Origin: Takakia lepidozioides
Taxonomy: Eukaryota > Plantae > Bryophyta
DNA length: 64,000 nt
Assembly (NCBI GenBank): GCA_030704615.1
Contig: CM060732.1
Location: 10,354,001-10,418,000 of the forward strand
Direction of reading: 5' to 3'
Shown here: in pieces, positions 1 through 12,100 of the stretch
How the letters are laid out: every line of letters begins with the position of its first letter
How positions within the stretch are numbered: the stretch's first letter is position 1
The notes under the pieces: generated by a model
Told to the model about the DNA's origin: nothing
Seen by the model: only the letters and a program-made list of their open reading frames with translations
The model's database searches: none
Position numbers and translations under genes: made by a program

Positions 1-2
1 AA

Positions 3-3000
3 GGTCACATAGCTGCATATTGTCCTGAAGGAAGAACCCCAGCTAAGTGTGACAAATGTCACCGGTTCGGGCATTCCACGGAAATGTGTGGTGTGAGATG
101 CAACTTTTGCAAGCTACTCGGGCATACAGAGAGTGAGTGCAGTAGAAAACTCGACCAGACTATGATGGGAACTCCGGGAACTAACTTTGTAGATGTGTTC
201 TATGATGATGAGGATGATGTACTCGCAGAAATGACAAATCTGATGTCACAAAATAGTATCAATGAAGTCAGACTTCCAAGGACACGTATCCCTGTCCAGA
301 ATCCGATTGTTGAACCTACAGGGTCACCAGAAAGGAATAGTGAGAGCAGTGAACAGCCAAGCAGGACCAAGAGTGAAATCTACCCAAAGAACAATTTCAA
401 GACTGCCATAGAAGGAGGTACGAAATCCAGAATCTTGAACCACTTCTACAAAGGGAGAATCTCGTTGTCTCCCATGGATCTGATCATGACTGTGCCCGGA
501 GAGCTAGACAAGTTGAAAGGGCTGGTCAAAGTAGTAGAAAGGGCAATGGTACAACAAAGGGAGACAACTCACAGTGTAGAAGTTGTGAAGGATGTACCAA
601 AACCTTTGTACTCAGCACACGCTGAACCCACAATCTCATATGCTTATACTGGTAAGGTAAAGGCACTTCATGTGATGATTACAATGGGAGATTACCAAGT
701 ATTAGGCCAGATTGACACAGGTGCCATGCTCTCAGTAATATCCGCGAGTACTGTAAGGGATCTTGGTCTGATGGGATCTGTCATTACTAGTAAGGATGTA
801 AATTACAGAGTAGCCTCTGGTGCTCTGGAGACTGCAATGGGCAGACTTGAGGACATCAAGGTCAAAGTAGGAGAGCTGACCAATCGTTTGTCCTTTATGG
901 TGGTGAACACGGATACATATCACATGCTGTTGGGATTAGACTTTCTCAAAAAGTTTGGCGCTGTAGTTGACACCGAAGCTGAAACAATTCGTGTGCGCTA
1001 TGGACCAGGAAAGGATTTTGCTCACTTCCCTTTGCACACCATAAATTATAATGAGCCTGCAGTTACCAAAATGGCCTGCCATAGAGGGGTCGAGAGCAGA
1101 GTACGGTATGCAGGCAGTACGTCAGCAGGTAATGTCTTAACCCTGACGTCAGATGAGCAGTACCTAGGCTTGTGGGAAAAAAAAAGAAAGCCAGAGGAAG
1201 AGTATGAGGACACGGAGGAAGGATCCTCAGGTTCTGACACCTCTAAATCTGATAAGGATGAGGAGATGGGAAGTTCCGAAGAGAGTGAGGAGGTAGATAC
1301 AGTACTGAAAGATGTTGAGGAGATAATAGATGATGTCAGCCTAGGGGAGGACCTGTTCGAAGACCAAGGGATGTCTGAACTCCTTCAGGAAGAGACCCAA
1401 CGCAGCATGGCTGCCGCTATAATTCAGGAAGCTCACCAGAAGGCTTGGGATGGAGAACTAGGAAACAACAACGTAGAAATAGAGGATGATTTCCATGATT
1501 GGAATCAGGTTGTAACACAGGAGGAAAGACAGAGAGTAGCTAACTCTGTAGGCCAGGTGGAGGGAATGAGTTTAGAACCCAGTCAAGAGGAAGAAATGGA
1601 GAGTCGTTGGAGAAGTCTGAAATCCAGACTACACATCAACCCAGAGCTCGCTCCTGAACAAAGGAAAGAGCTGGAGCAAGAGCTAAAAGCAAATCAAGAA
1701 TGTTTTGCTCTTAGTAAGGCTGACTTAGGTTATTGCAGTGAGGTGGAACATACAATTGATACTCAAGGCTTTCCCCCTTGCAGAAGTCGTCCCAGCCGCC
1801 TATCAGAGTGGGAGGAAAACGAGGTCCAAGGACAAATTGAGACTTTGATCTCACAAGGCAAGATGAGAGAGAGTAGTTCAGAATGGTCGTGTCCAGTTAC
1901 CCTTCCACCAAAAAAGGATGGATCCAAGCGGTTTTGTGGTGATTTTAGGCCAGTAAACCGTTTAACCAGAAGGGACTCTTACCCTATGCCATTAATTCAG
2001 GATGTTTTAAACCAGTTGGGGAAAGCCAAGTGGTTTTCTGCGCTGGATTTACAATCTGGTTTTTGGCAGATCAAAATGGACGACCGAGATATAAGCAAAA
2101 CAGCAGTGATTACAAAGAAGGGATTGTATGAATGGCTAGTCATGCCATTCGGGCTAAAAAATGCCACTGCTACCTTTCAGAGAACAATGAATAGGGTACT
2201 CAAAGAAGAAATCAAGGATTGCGCTAAGGTTTTTGTAGATGACGTCAATATCCATAGCAAGGACTGGGGAGATCATGTGGGACATATAAAGAGAGTACTG
2301 AGAAAGGTTAGAAAGGCCAATCTTAGGCTCAATCCAGACAAATGTTACTTTGCCAACTTACAATTGGTATTCCTTGGGCATGTGGTTTCTGAAGAGGGAA
2401 CGTGGCCTGATCCAGATAAGATAGCTGCTATTGAAAGGTTTCCCTTGCCTAAAAACCACACTGCTCTCAAAAGCTACTTAGGCATGACAGGGTACTATAG
2501 GCCCTATGTCAAAGGATATGCTGGAGTAGCAGTACCCTTGTTCACTCTAACCAAGAAGGATGTGAAGTTTGAATGGAGTGCAGAGGCACAAAATGCCTTT
2601 TCTGCCTTACAGGTGAAGTTGGTAACTGCTCCCATCCTGGCAAGACCAGATTTCTCAAGACCGTTTGTCTTGGATGTTGACTGGTCCATCAAAGGAGTAG
2701 GGGCAGTCTTGTCACAAAAGGAGTATAAAAAGGAGAGGGTCATTGCATACGCCAGTAAGGTACTATCTGATGCTCAGCGCAAATATCACCCTATGGAAGG
2801 TGAATGCTATGCCCTGGTGTGGGGAGTATTACACTTTCGGCAGTACCTGTATGGAACCCCTTTTGTAATCAGGACTGATCACAAACCACTGGAGTGGTTG
2901 GCAACGGTAAGTGACGCATATGGACGCAGGGGTAGATGGATCATGATGTTACAAGATTTTGAGTTTAAAATTGTTCATAGGGCAGGTGCTAGGCATGCTA

Positions 3001-5408
3001 ACGTAGATGCGCTAAGCAGGTATCCAGTGGGACCAGCAGAGGAAACCGAGGAAATCGAGGTATACTCTACTTCTTTATACAAACAGAAAAGGGAAGGAAG
3101 GAAGAGGGATGGAGCCTATCTTCTTAAACTAGAGTGGGATAGGGGTGCCATCAAGGCTTATCTATTTCAATTTCAGGAGGGTAAGAAGGAGTTGAGAGAA
3201 GAGGCTCATCGGCAAGTGGGGTATAGCAGTGAAAGAGGGGAAATGATCTGCAAAAGAGAAGAGTACTATGCATGTGTGTGGGGTCTTTGGCATTTCAAAA
3301 AAACACTGTTGGGAAGTCATTTTTCTTTAGAAACAGATCTGGACCCATATTGGTGGCTGTACTCAGAGTACCACATAGGAATAGATTTGCTTGGTGACTT
3401 TTCATTTGAGTTCGTTCCTAGAATAGATAGCTCTTACACAGGTGGAAAGTTGACCAAGGCTCATGGTGTATTGAAAGGAGGACTGAAACCAGGTACAATG
3501 CCAAATGGGGAGGAAAAAAAGGTGACTTTTGCTGCACAGACTTTGGCTGCCAATAAACAAGGAAAGGGAATTGATCAATCAAGTCATGTCAATCTGGTCA
3601 GGAAGGGTATTTGGAAAGGCATGGGTGCAGGAAAAAGGGAGGACCCTGCAATCAACAACAAAGAAGAGGAAGATCTGATGGCCTTTTGTCCCACCATCTA
3701 TGTAATTACCCGAGGATCTTATGCTCGTGATCAGGAGCCAAGCAAGGTACAGCCAGCTGGCAAAATTGTGAAGGAACGATCAAACGATGAAGAGGGAAGC
3801 TTGCAAGAAACACCATTCCTTCAACAATCTACAAGCACAGAAACAACAAGAAAAACTCGGGGGACTTCCTCGTCAGAAGGGCCAGTTGAAGAGAACATGG
3901 GGGGTGAGTGTTCCACCAAGACATTTTATGCTTCAGACAGTAATGGGCCACATTGTTCCGAACAAGACACTTCCTCTTATGACAGGGATGATAAAGGGGA
4001 CTGGGTGCCATGGAGCACACCCACCAAGGCCACACAGATGTCACTATTGCGCGAAGCTGAAAGATGGGGGAAAAGGTCTCTCATCAGCTCTGACAGTCAT
4101 ACAGTGGCTGTTAAGGAGGAAAAGCAACCTGATGTACTTGATGATGTGGAAGTTATGCATCTCTTATGTTTTGGAGAAGTCAATGACTATCTGACGAAGG
4201 AGGAGAGCAAAAGAGCCATCAGGAGGGCAAGGCAGTACTCCTATCTCAAGGGTGAGGTCTACTTTGAGGGAAGGGTGGTTCCACCAAAAACGGACAGAGA
4301 GGCAATAATCACTGAAGTGCATAAGGCCACGGGCCATTTTGGAGTCCGAAGAACACAAGAGGAGATATGCCGACGGTATTTCTGGCATGACAGAACAAAA
4401 CTCATCAGGCAAGTACTCAAAGGCTGTGGCGAATGTCAGATGGCTAAACAGGACAGGGTGTTGCGCTCAGGTAGCTCAAAACTGCACAGTATTCCAGTAG
4501 TGGATCTGTTTTTCAGAGTTGCAATTGACACGGCAGGACCATTGCCTATAACCAGCAGGGGAAACCAATACTTTCTAGTGGCAATAGATCACTTTTCAAA
4601 ATGGATAGAGGCTGCACCAGTGGCAGATCATACAGCAGCACTTACTGCCCGCTTTCTAGTGGAAGAAGTGATTGACAGGTATAGCTGCCCACATACGTTG
4701 CTCACTGACAATGGCACGGAGTGGGGAGGTGAGTTTGAAGATGCATGCCGCGAATACGGTATAAGGAGGGAGCATAGCGCCCCCTACTGGCCTCAGTGTA
4801 ATGGTATGGTGGAAAGGGTCATTAAGTCTCTCAAACAGAGCATCACCACCTTAGGAGTTGGAAACAACACTGAGTGGGATCAGAATCTCTATAAAGCCCT
4901 GTTTGGTTACAGAATGGGTGTCCATGCTTCAACTGGATTCTCACCTTTTCAGGTACTTACTGGTAGAATTCCAAGGCTGGGAATTGACAACAGGTTGCAT
5001 TTTCTTACAGCACCAGTAAATTTTGATGGATCTGTAGCAGAGGTCACACTTATGATGCAGCAGAAAATCCAGCTTCTCACCCAGATGAGGGCAAAGCTGC
5101 TAAAGAGTGTGAAGAAAGGGCAGCGTCAACAGGCAAGAGATTATGAAAGAAGGCATCAAACAGGGCATACCTATTGCAAGTTGATGGAGAACAGCAAGGT
5201 AATGATGTTGAGACCTGGAAAGAGGTCTTCCATGACATCTCCATGGGAGGGACCCTATGACTTTTTGGGGTACAAGGATGCAGGAAGCACCACCAAAACT
5301 GGAGAAGCTGCACGAAGATGCAGGCTGAGAGATGGAGCAGACAAGGAATGGGTAAGAAGTAGGAGGGATTTAAAACCCTTCATAACACCAATAGGTGATC
5401 AGCCATGA
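3..5408 (+). CDS. Gag-Pol polyprotein: CCHC knuckles, aspartic protease, RT, RNase H, degenerate second RNase H, integrase (frame open from window start)
   Basis: CDKCHRFGHSTEMC and CNFCKLLGHTESEC; IDTGA; LDLQSGFWQI...FVDD; DVDWS...EGECYAL...TDHKPL; HKATGH...CGEC; IDTAGP...TDNG...NGMVER; PR-RT-RH-INT order. Confidence 0.95.
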   Translation, partial: GHIAAYCPEGRTPAKCDKCHRFGHSTEMCGVRCNFCKLLGHTESECSRKLDQTMMGTPGTNFVDVFYDDEDDVLAEMTNLMSQNSINEVRLPRTRIPVQNPIVEPTGSPERNSESSEQPSRTKSEIYPKNNFKTAIEGGTKSRILNHFYKGRISLSPMDLIMTVPGELDKLKGLVKVVERAMVQQRETTHSVEVVKDVPKPLYSAHAEPTISYAYTGKVKALHVMITMGDYQVLGQIDTGAMLSVISASTVRDLGLMGSVITSKDVNYRVASGALETAMGRLEDIKVKVGELTNRLSFMVVNTDTYHMLLGLDFLKKFGAVVDTEAETIRVRYGPGKDFAHFPLHTINYNEPAVTKMACHRGVESRVRYAGSTSAGNVLTLTSDEQYLGLWEKKRKPEEEYEDTEEGSSGSDTSKSDKDEEMGSSEESEEVDTVLKDVEEIIDDVSLGEDLFEDQGMSELLQEETQRSMAAAIIQEAHQKAWDGELGNNNVEIEDDFHDWNQVVTQEERQRVANSVGQVEGMSLEPSQEEEMESRWRSLKSRLHINPELAPEQRKELEQELKANQECFALSKADLGYCSEVEHTIDTQGFPPCRSRPSRLSEWEENEVQGQIETLISQGKMRESSSEWSCPVTLPPKKDGSKRFCGDFRPVNRLTRRDSYPMPLIQDVLNQLGKAKWFSALDLQSGFWQIKMDDRDISKTAVITKKGLYEWLVMPFGLKNATATFQRTMNRVLKEEIKDCAKVFVDDVNIHSKDWGDHVGHIKRVLRKVRKANLRLNPDKCYFANLQLVFLGHVVSEEGTWPDPDKIAAIERFPLPKNHTALKSYLGMTGYYRPYVKGYAGVAVPLFTLTKKDVKFEWSAEAQNAFSALQVKLVTAPILARPDFSRPFVLDVDWSIKGVGAVLSQKEYKKERVIAYASKVLSDAQRKYHPMEGECYALVWGVLHFRQYLYGTPFVIRTDHKPLEWLATVSDAYGRRGRWIMMLQDFEFKIVHRAGARHANVDALSRYPVGPAEETEEIEVYSTSLYKQKREGRKRDGAYLLKLEWDRGAIKAYLFQFQEGKKELREEAHRQVGYSSERGEMICKREEYYACVWGLWHFKKTLLGSHFSLETDLDPYWWLYSEYHIGIDLLGDFSFEFVPRIDSSYTGGKLTKAHGVLKGGLKPGTMPNGEEKKVTFAAQTLAANKQGKGIDQSSHVNLVRKGIWKGMGAGKREDPAINNKEEEDLMAFCPTIYVITRGSYARDQEPSKVQPAGKIVKERSNDEEGSLQETPFLQQSTSTETTRKTRGTSSSEGPVEENMGGECSTKTFYASDSNGPHCSEQDTSSYDRDDKGDWVPWSTPTKATQMSLLREAERWGKRSLISSDSHTVAVKEEKQPDVLDDVEVMHLLCFGEVNDYLTKEESKRAIRRARQYSYLKGEVYFEGRVVPPKTDREAIITEVHKATGHFGVRRTQEEICRRYFWHDRTKLIRQVLKGCGECQMAKQDRVLRSGSSKLHSIPVVDLFFRVAIDTAGPLPITSRGNQYFLVAIDHFSKWIEAAPVADHTAALTARFLVEEVIDRYSCPHTLLTDNGTEWGGEFEDACREYGIRREHSAPYWPQCNGMVERVIKSLKQSITTLGVGNNTEWDQNLYKALFGYRMGVHASTGFSPFQVLTGRIPRLGIDNRLHFLTAPVNFDGSVAEVTLMMQQKIQLLTQMRAKLLKSVKKGQRQQARDYERRHQTGHTYCKLMENSKVMMLRPGKRSSMTSPWEGPYDFLGYKDAGSTTKTGEAARRCRLRDGADKEWVRSRRDLKPFITPIGDQP

Positions 5409-5411
5409 AGG

Positions 5412-5446
5412 TGGTCAGTGAGGACCCTGACACTTAAAAGGGGAGA
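5412..5446 (+). promoter_or_regulatory. GAGGAC-loop hairpin and polypurine tract of element 1
   Basis: gtcag-tgaggacc-ctgac followed by aaaaggggaga, just after the pol stop and before the LTR. Confidence 0.75.
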
Positions 5447-5457
5447 CACACTACATA

Positions 5458-7607
5458 TGTAGTGTGAATGCAGGGGAGTAACATTGAAAATTTTGTTGGG
5501 AATCAAATTACGGCATTGGTGAAGAAGGGAGTGCCTGGTACTAATGTCGGGAGAGAATTACCCAGGCCTACAGGTAATTCCATGGGAACACTATGCTCTT
5601 GCTCTGCCAGGACAAAATATGGCTAAGTCATAACATGCGCATTTTCATCCTTGGAATGAATGATTTTCGTCGCGTATGTTTAACCTAGAAACTCGAGCTG
5701 AGGAAAACGAGGAGGAAGACGACGGGCAACTCTTCACAGCTGCTGCCGTAGTGTTGTCAGGCAGGCTGGCTTGGGAACTTACACCTGCACCATGTGAATC
5801 AGCTTGCCTTAAAGCGCGACGTTAAGGGATCTGCTTGGCATTTTGTGCAAGGAGAAGCGGTGCCTCTTTCTGCGTGGTGATAATCAATTTTGAAAGCTGA
5901 GCAGGTGCTAAGAGCAGTGCACTACCGCTGCCGCCATTGTCTTGAAGAGTACAGTTATGAGGAGATGGAGCGCAACAACAGCTGTTGGGGAATGAGAAGT
6001 GCAGGCTGGTGTGGATGCGACTCAGGTCATCTGTAATTAAAACTTGTAGTAGCCTTCTGTCTTAGAGCTGTAGGAGCACATCAATCCTTAGGGCAGAAGT
6101 ACACATGTAGAGGGATAGGGTAGAGGTTGGCAAGCACAAGGATGTTGCCAGCTAATGAAGCAAGCCGTCATGACATGATGAGAACTGGAATCAAGATGAG
6201 GAGAAGCGTTGAATATGGCTGCTGACAGCGATGGTGAGGTGCCAGCTTAGCAGGCAGAACCACCGCTTCACACGAGTATAAGACAGATAAGTTCTAAGAG
6301 TGTTGGTCTCTCTTTTTGGGCACTTAGGAATGACTTTGTGAAGTTTTTGGAACTGTCTCTTGTATCTGCTGAAGGGGACAGAAATGTGAGGAGTAGAAAA
6401 GGCCTTTGAAAATGGAATGAAGACACTGGAATTCAAACCAGGATAGGGTGGAGATGGATGCACCTGTTGTTACACTGTCATTAGGAAAAAGATAGAGGGG
6501 ACAAGGATAGCTCACATCAGGGTCAGAATGGTTGTTGTTGTTGTGTTCATTTTCTTTATTTTCAGTGTCTTCAGCCAGCATAAGCAAACCAGCCCTGGAT
6601 GTTAAAACAGTGGAGCCAGTGTAGAATTAGCTTGGTGGATAAAGGAGAACAGGGATGGTCAGACAGAAACGGATTTGAAGAACTGAGAGGGATGACGTGG
6701 ATGGGGAAGAAAAGTCAATACTGTTTTGGGGTTTGGATCTGATTTATAGAAGTGTTCTCAACATGTGAATGACTGAGGTTTGCAATTGAGGAGAAAAAGA
6801 GAGCTGTCAGGGTGTGTGATTTGAGATCTGTAGAAGGGTTGTGAAGCACCTTGGCCAAATAGGATCCACTTGGGGAAAGATAGTGCAAGGACCAGTCACT
6901 GGAGAGAGAGAAAAAGAGAAAGACCGACAGAGGGGCAGATCATGTCTTGTAACCAAGGTTGACTTCAATGATGGATGCACTGGATGCCTGGCTGGATGTG
7001 CATTTGCATTGCATCATAGCCATGCTGTTGTGAAAAAGTGAGGAATCCACACACCAAGGAAAAAGGATTTGAGAGAAAGAAAAAGTGAAAAGGGAGAAGG
7101 GTTGATGAGGGATGGACAAATGGAGAGGCAAGGTCAAGAAGACATGAACCCTGAATGATCAAACTAGTGGGCCTGCAGTTCATGGCAGATCTGAGCTGTC
7201 CACCCACCTAGACCGTGATCTCATTACAAAAAGGGGCTTCCGACGTGTTGCAGACCAAGGGAACTGCCCACAAGGGCAGTGTTTATCACTGACATAGGGC
7301 TGATTGCATCACTGAATACATCGTGGCAGCATAGTTGGTGCTGTACCTGCAGGTAGAGGATGTTGTGTAAAAGGTAGAACCAAGAGTGAACAACAATTTG
7401 ACTCCCCATCCATGTCTTCTCTTCCGCTGCGGCGTGGATGAGGATTGCTTGAACTCTGATCACGAAGGAGCTGAGGGAAACCCACAGCCAACTGACGACA
7501 GTAGGACAGAAAAGAAGAACCTTCTTTCTTTTGCTCCGCTTAGAATGGAAGGAAGCACAATTAGAATTATACAGAAGGGGATTCACGCCCCTTCTTTTCA
7601 CACTACA
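5458..7607 (+). repeat. 3' LTR of element 1 (~2150 bp)
   Basis: Starts TG after the PPT, ends CA, with an 11-bp perfect terminal inverted repeat; partner LTR is outside the window. Confidence 0.8.
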
Positions 7608-9118
7608 AGGCTCTGATATATCTGGTGAACAAACCTTTGATAAGTGGAAGGATAGCAAGGTGGTTAATAATCTTGCATGAGTTTGAGTTCGAAGTTGTTT
7701 ACAAGCTAGGCCGTTTGCATCTTGTGGCAGATCACTTGTCACGCCTATCAACAGGAGAGCCCGCCACAGGGGTAGATGACCAATTACCTGATGCGAGTTT
7801 ATTTGCGGTGGAGGTGTAGGGAAGTGCAGATGACTGGTTAGATTAGCAGTGGCCAATCAGATACTACCTTACTCATGGTCAGTGCCCACCTAGTTATGGA
7901 AAGGAGCAGAGGAAGAGAATCGCTATCAAGGCTTTACCTTATACTATGGTAGGGGGCAGAATGTATAAGCTAGGACCTGATGGAGTACTTAAACGATGCT
8001 TGTACCACCATGAAGTAAATAAAGTTTTGGAGGAAGTTCATAAAGGAGTGGCTGGAGGTCATTTTGGAGAAGAGACTATCAGTAGGAAGATACTACTTGC
8101 AGGTTACTGGTGGCCTACTTTGTTCAAAGATGTACACAAGTATTGTCAGAGTTGTGATGAGTGTCAGAGGCTAGGACCATTGCAGAGATCTGGGAAAATG
8201 GCTATGCATCATGCGATGCCTACTGAACCATTTCAGAAATGGGGACTAGACTTTGTTGGACCAATTAACCCACCAGCCAAGAATACACAGAACAAGTATA
8301 TAATCATAGCCACTGATTATACTACAAAGTGGGTGGAAGCTAAAGCTCTGAGGGACAACACAGCTAAGTCCACAGCAAGGTTCCTGTATGAGAACATACT
8401 CACACGATTTGGCTGTCCCCTGGAATTTATCAGTGACCAGGGAAGTCACTTCATTAATGAGACCATTGAACTCTTGACTAAAGAGTTCATGATTGTGCAT
8501 AGGAAGAGTACAACATATTACCCACAGGGTAATGGGCAGGCAGAGGCTACCAACAAAATACTATGTACTATCTTGGCTAAGATAGTCAATGCAAACAGAA
8601 CAGATTGGGATACAAAGCTGCTGACAGCTTTGTGGTCATACAAGACTTCATATAAAGTCACCACTAAGTATACACCATTCCAATTAGTTTATGGTATGGA
8701 AGCTTTACTTCCAGTGGAATTCTTGTTACCTACCATGAGAACTGAATGGGGAAGGAGAATGGAATTGGAAGATTCAATTAAGGTCAGGAAACATGAATTA
8801 TACCATGTGGAAGAAGTACGTGCTGATGCAGCTGATAACATGATCAGAATTCAGATGAAGAGGAAGGATCGGTTTGATGAAGGTAAATTAAAGACTTTTA
8901 AGACGGGAGATTTGGTTCTGTGGTTGCAAAAGAAGGGGAAGATTAAGGCTTCTAAGCTTAAATCACCATGGAAAGGACCTTATGTCATACAGAAGATGTA
9001 TGATAACAACACCGCAATGTTACAAACCATTAACAAAGAGATGCTGGGAAGAGTCAATGCCAATAAATTGAAGGGATACAGTGGTATGACTGGTCCTTGC
9101 ATCATCGGCAGTTTATGA
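7608..9118 (+). pseudogene. pol 3' part (RNase H end and integrase) of copy 2A
   Basis: [13 protein letters not shown]; HKGVAGGH...CDEC; WGLDFVGP...SDQGSHF...NGQAE; in-frame TAG stops near 7817 and 7845. Confidence 0.9.
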
Positions 9119-9119
9119 T

Positions 9120-12100
9120 TCAATTTCTTCATAACTTTGAGCCTCGGACAGGAGTTACCCAAGTGAGGGGAGTAAATATAGAAATTACTCCCCAGTGCCT
9201 GCAGCAAACTTGAGGTTACGCTTGTACCAAAGCCGAGTACCCAGGGCTCAGAGAAGTTGGCCAAATATCGAACGTTCTGTTTGCCATGAAACATAACCAA
9301 CAGTATTTGAGTAGGTCATTCACAGAGGAAATCCTGAAAGCTTTGAGGGGAGAGGATATAGCTTGGGCGGAGTTAATGTACAATGGTCTGGTGGACGAGA
9401 TGAAGAGGTTACAGGGCACTGCTGCTAAGTCTCCGATCATTGTGTCTGTTCCAGTCATTGCCCAAATCATTCTTGATTCTTGCATAGTTGATACTCGGGA
9501 ACGTAAGGAGATGAGAGTGTTTGAGGCAGGAACCATTGCAATTGAAGAGCGGGGCTCTTCACATAGTGAGGGTGGATTGGCAGGGCAACACCAGTCTAAA
9601 AGACAGAAGCGGGGTATGACTGTAATGGCGGATCCACTGGCTTCACGGAAACCGCATGATGATGTTTCCCAAGCTCTTGTGTAGGATGGGGCACAACAGC
9701 ACAGAAGGCTGTTATTATTGGAAGCACGGCCTTCGGAGAGGGAAGAAGAAGTCAATTCAATACCACAGCCACCACAGCTAGTTGACTCAGTTGTCTTAGA
9801 GGTTCCACAGTTAGAGTATGCTGTGACACAACCCCAAATTGCTTTGGACGGTGAAAGGTTGGACATTCCCATAAAGAGCAGGTCGTGGCTGAAATTGAGA
9901 AGGGTGACCTTCTCTACAAAAACTCTGGCTTGGTAAGGGAATCAGTGGTTCTAGAGGTGCAGCGGTTGTCAAGGGAAAACCCTATTGTGCATGTAATACC
10001 CACACCTGTGACGGAGGTACCAGGGGTAGAGTATCAGGACACTGTAACACTTGTGGAGGATGAGGTGGTTCAGGAAGATAATCTGGTGGGGCAATGGCCT
10101 GAATGGTTGGTGAGGCATCACATTGTGGAGGATCAGGGAGAACAGCAGCAAGTTCACCATGATGACCCTCGACATGCCATGCTTATGAGTTCCATAAGCA
10201 GGACACTTAATTTGTTGGGCACTTATGTGAAATCCCATGTTCCATCTACCCAATTGGCAGCTTTGAGGGAAGAACTCAGGAAAGAGTTTGAGGCTCGAAT
10301 TGCCACAAAGTGTGCTAACAAGGTAGATGAGGAGGTCAATCTCAAGTTACAGCAAGAGTTGGAGGACACAAAGGCTGCTTTGCAGTTGGCCAAGGGACAT
10401 TTGATTGAAGCAGGCCTCGAGAAGGACCAGTTGCATGAAGCACATGAGCAAAAGTTAAACCAAATGCAGGTGAAGCATGAGGGCAAGTTGCAAGAAGTGA
10501 ATGTACTACATACAGAGTTGGAGGCAGTATATGAGAAGATGACCATACAATGTGCTACACTCACAACTACTCTTGAGCAAACTGCATTAGAAGTTAACAG
10601 ACAAGGGGAGGGATGTATGATGGTAGAAGCTGAGATAATAAAGCAAGCAAAACTCATTGTTGATATGAAGAATACAATCTGTCGCAATGAGAATACTTTC
10701 AAACAATATAGACAGGTTGAGGCTGACCAGGAGAGGTACATCCTGGAGTTGCAACAAACAGTCATGGTCAATAGAAATGAACTCTCTGTGGCTAACAAAG
10801 CTTGGAAGGAAGCCAATAATCTGGTTGCTGCTTATGCGGGTCTGGTTGAACCTCATGCAAAGCGCATGGAGGCTTTACAGCAGCAGTTAGATGTGTACAG
10901 ACTCACGGAGGAGCAGACTCTCAGGGGTGCCACTCACGACTTGGTGGATAACCACCTTACGCAGGTCTGGTTAGCACAAGGGCCGGTAGAAGGCAAAGCA
11001 CCACGGAAACTCACCCATAACGAGATGAATGAGGTGGTAGGTGCAAAACATTGCCACAACTACTATAGACAATGTCTATAGTAGAATAACAGAGCTACAG
11101 GAGGACGTGGAAGGCCTGCAGACTCAAGTGGATGACCTGAGTTCAAATATTGACAAGAGAGTCTTTGTTCCTGAGGAGCAGCTGATGGCTACTTATTTAC
11201 ATGCCAGGACTCTAATTTTTCAATCTTCTTCGCAGGGGGTGCAGGAGATGCCGGTACAGGAGATGCCAGTGGTAGAAGGGCCAGTGGTACCAATACCACA
11301 GCAGGCGGCTGTGCAGGTAACTTACCCTGTTGTTACTACAGCCACACCACAGCCTGAGGTATGGGGGGATGCTGCTTTTAACCCACCTAAGACTCCTGCT
11401 GCACGGGAGTACAGTCGGGCTATGATTATGCCCTTCAACAAAATTCCCATTGTGTTGGATTTGGCTTGGAAGGAATTTAGTCCTCCGCAGTCGTTGGCAC
11501 ATTACTACCAGATCATACGCATTTGGTTGCCTGTGGCAACTCGGACTAAGGTTCTTCCGAACAATCGACCCATTGAGGATCATCACTTTGCCAGGTACTG
11601 GTTTGAGGCAGGTACCATGCTGAAGGAATTAATTGCCTTCCAGGTTGTACATGGGTACATCTATACCAAGACCAATGAGGTATCTAGTATTGTCCTGGGC
11701 TGTGGATTATATTATGCTGCTTGTTTTCTGGCACGCTATCACATTGAGCAGCAAAAGATGCAATCACAATTTCTGAGTTATTCCAATGGGGATCATTGGG
11801 TCTTACCTTCAGTGCCACCTCATATGTACCTATATGATGCAAAAGTTATGATGCAGAAGGATTCCCAACTTCGTTCATGGTTTAATTCGGCTTGGAACAA
11901 TTTGACAACACAGAAATTCGGCCCTGAGGATATTTTCTTTAAGGGACATGAAGCCTGGACATACTTACACTGTTCCAAAGTCATTGGCACACCTCTCACT
12001 TATACGGATAAGGAGTTCAGGGTGTTCACTAATTTTGCTTGCAAGCGCTTACAGCAAGTTGTACAGTTTAAACTTCCAGACATGGTGGGACCACATTGTA

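Larger units (their letters stand above)
1..7607 (+). mobile_element. Ty3/Gypsy LTR retrotransposon 1 (5' part outside window), inserted into pol of element 2A
   Basis: gag-pol ORF, then PPT, then LTR bounded by TGTAGTGTGAA...TTCACACTACA; RNase H sequence of family 2 resumes at 7608. Confidence 0.9.

Noticed and set aside
7601-7609. CACTACAAG as a CACTA terminus
   Set aside because: It is the 3' end of the element-1 LTR (inverted repeat of 5458-5468) plus the flanking bases; no CACTA transposase or matching end
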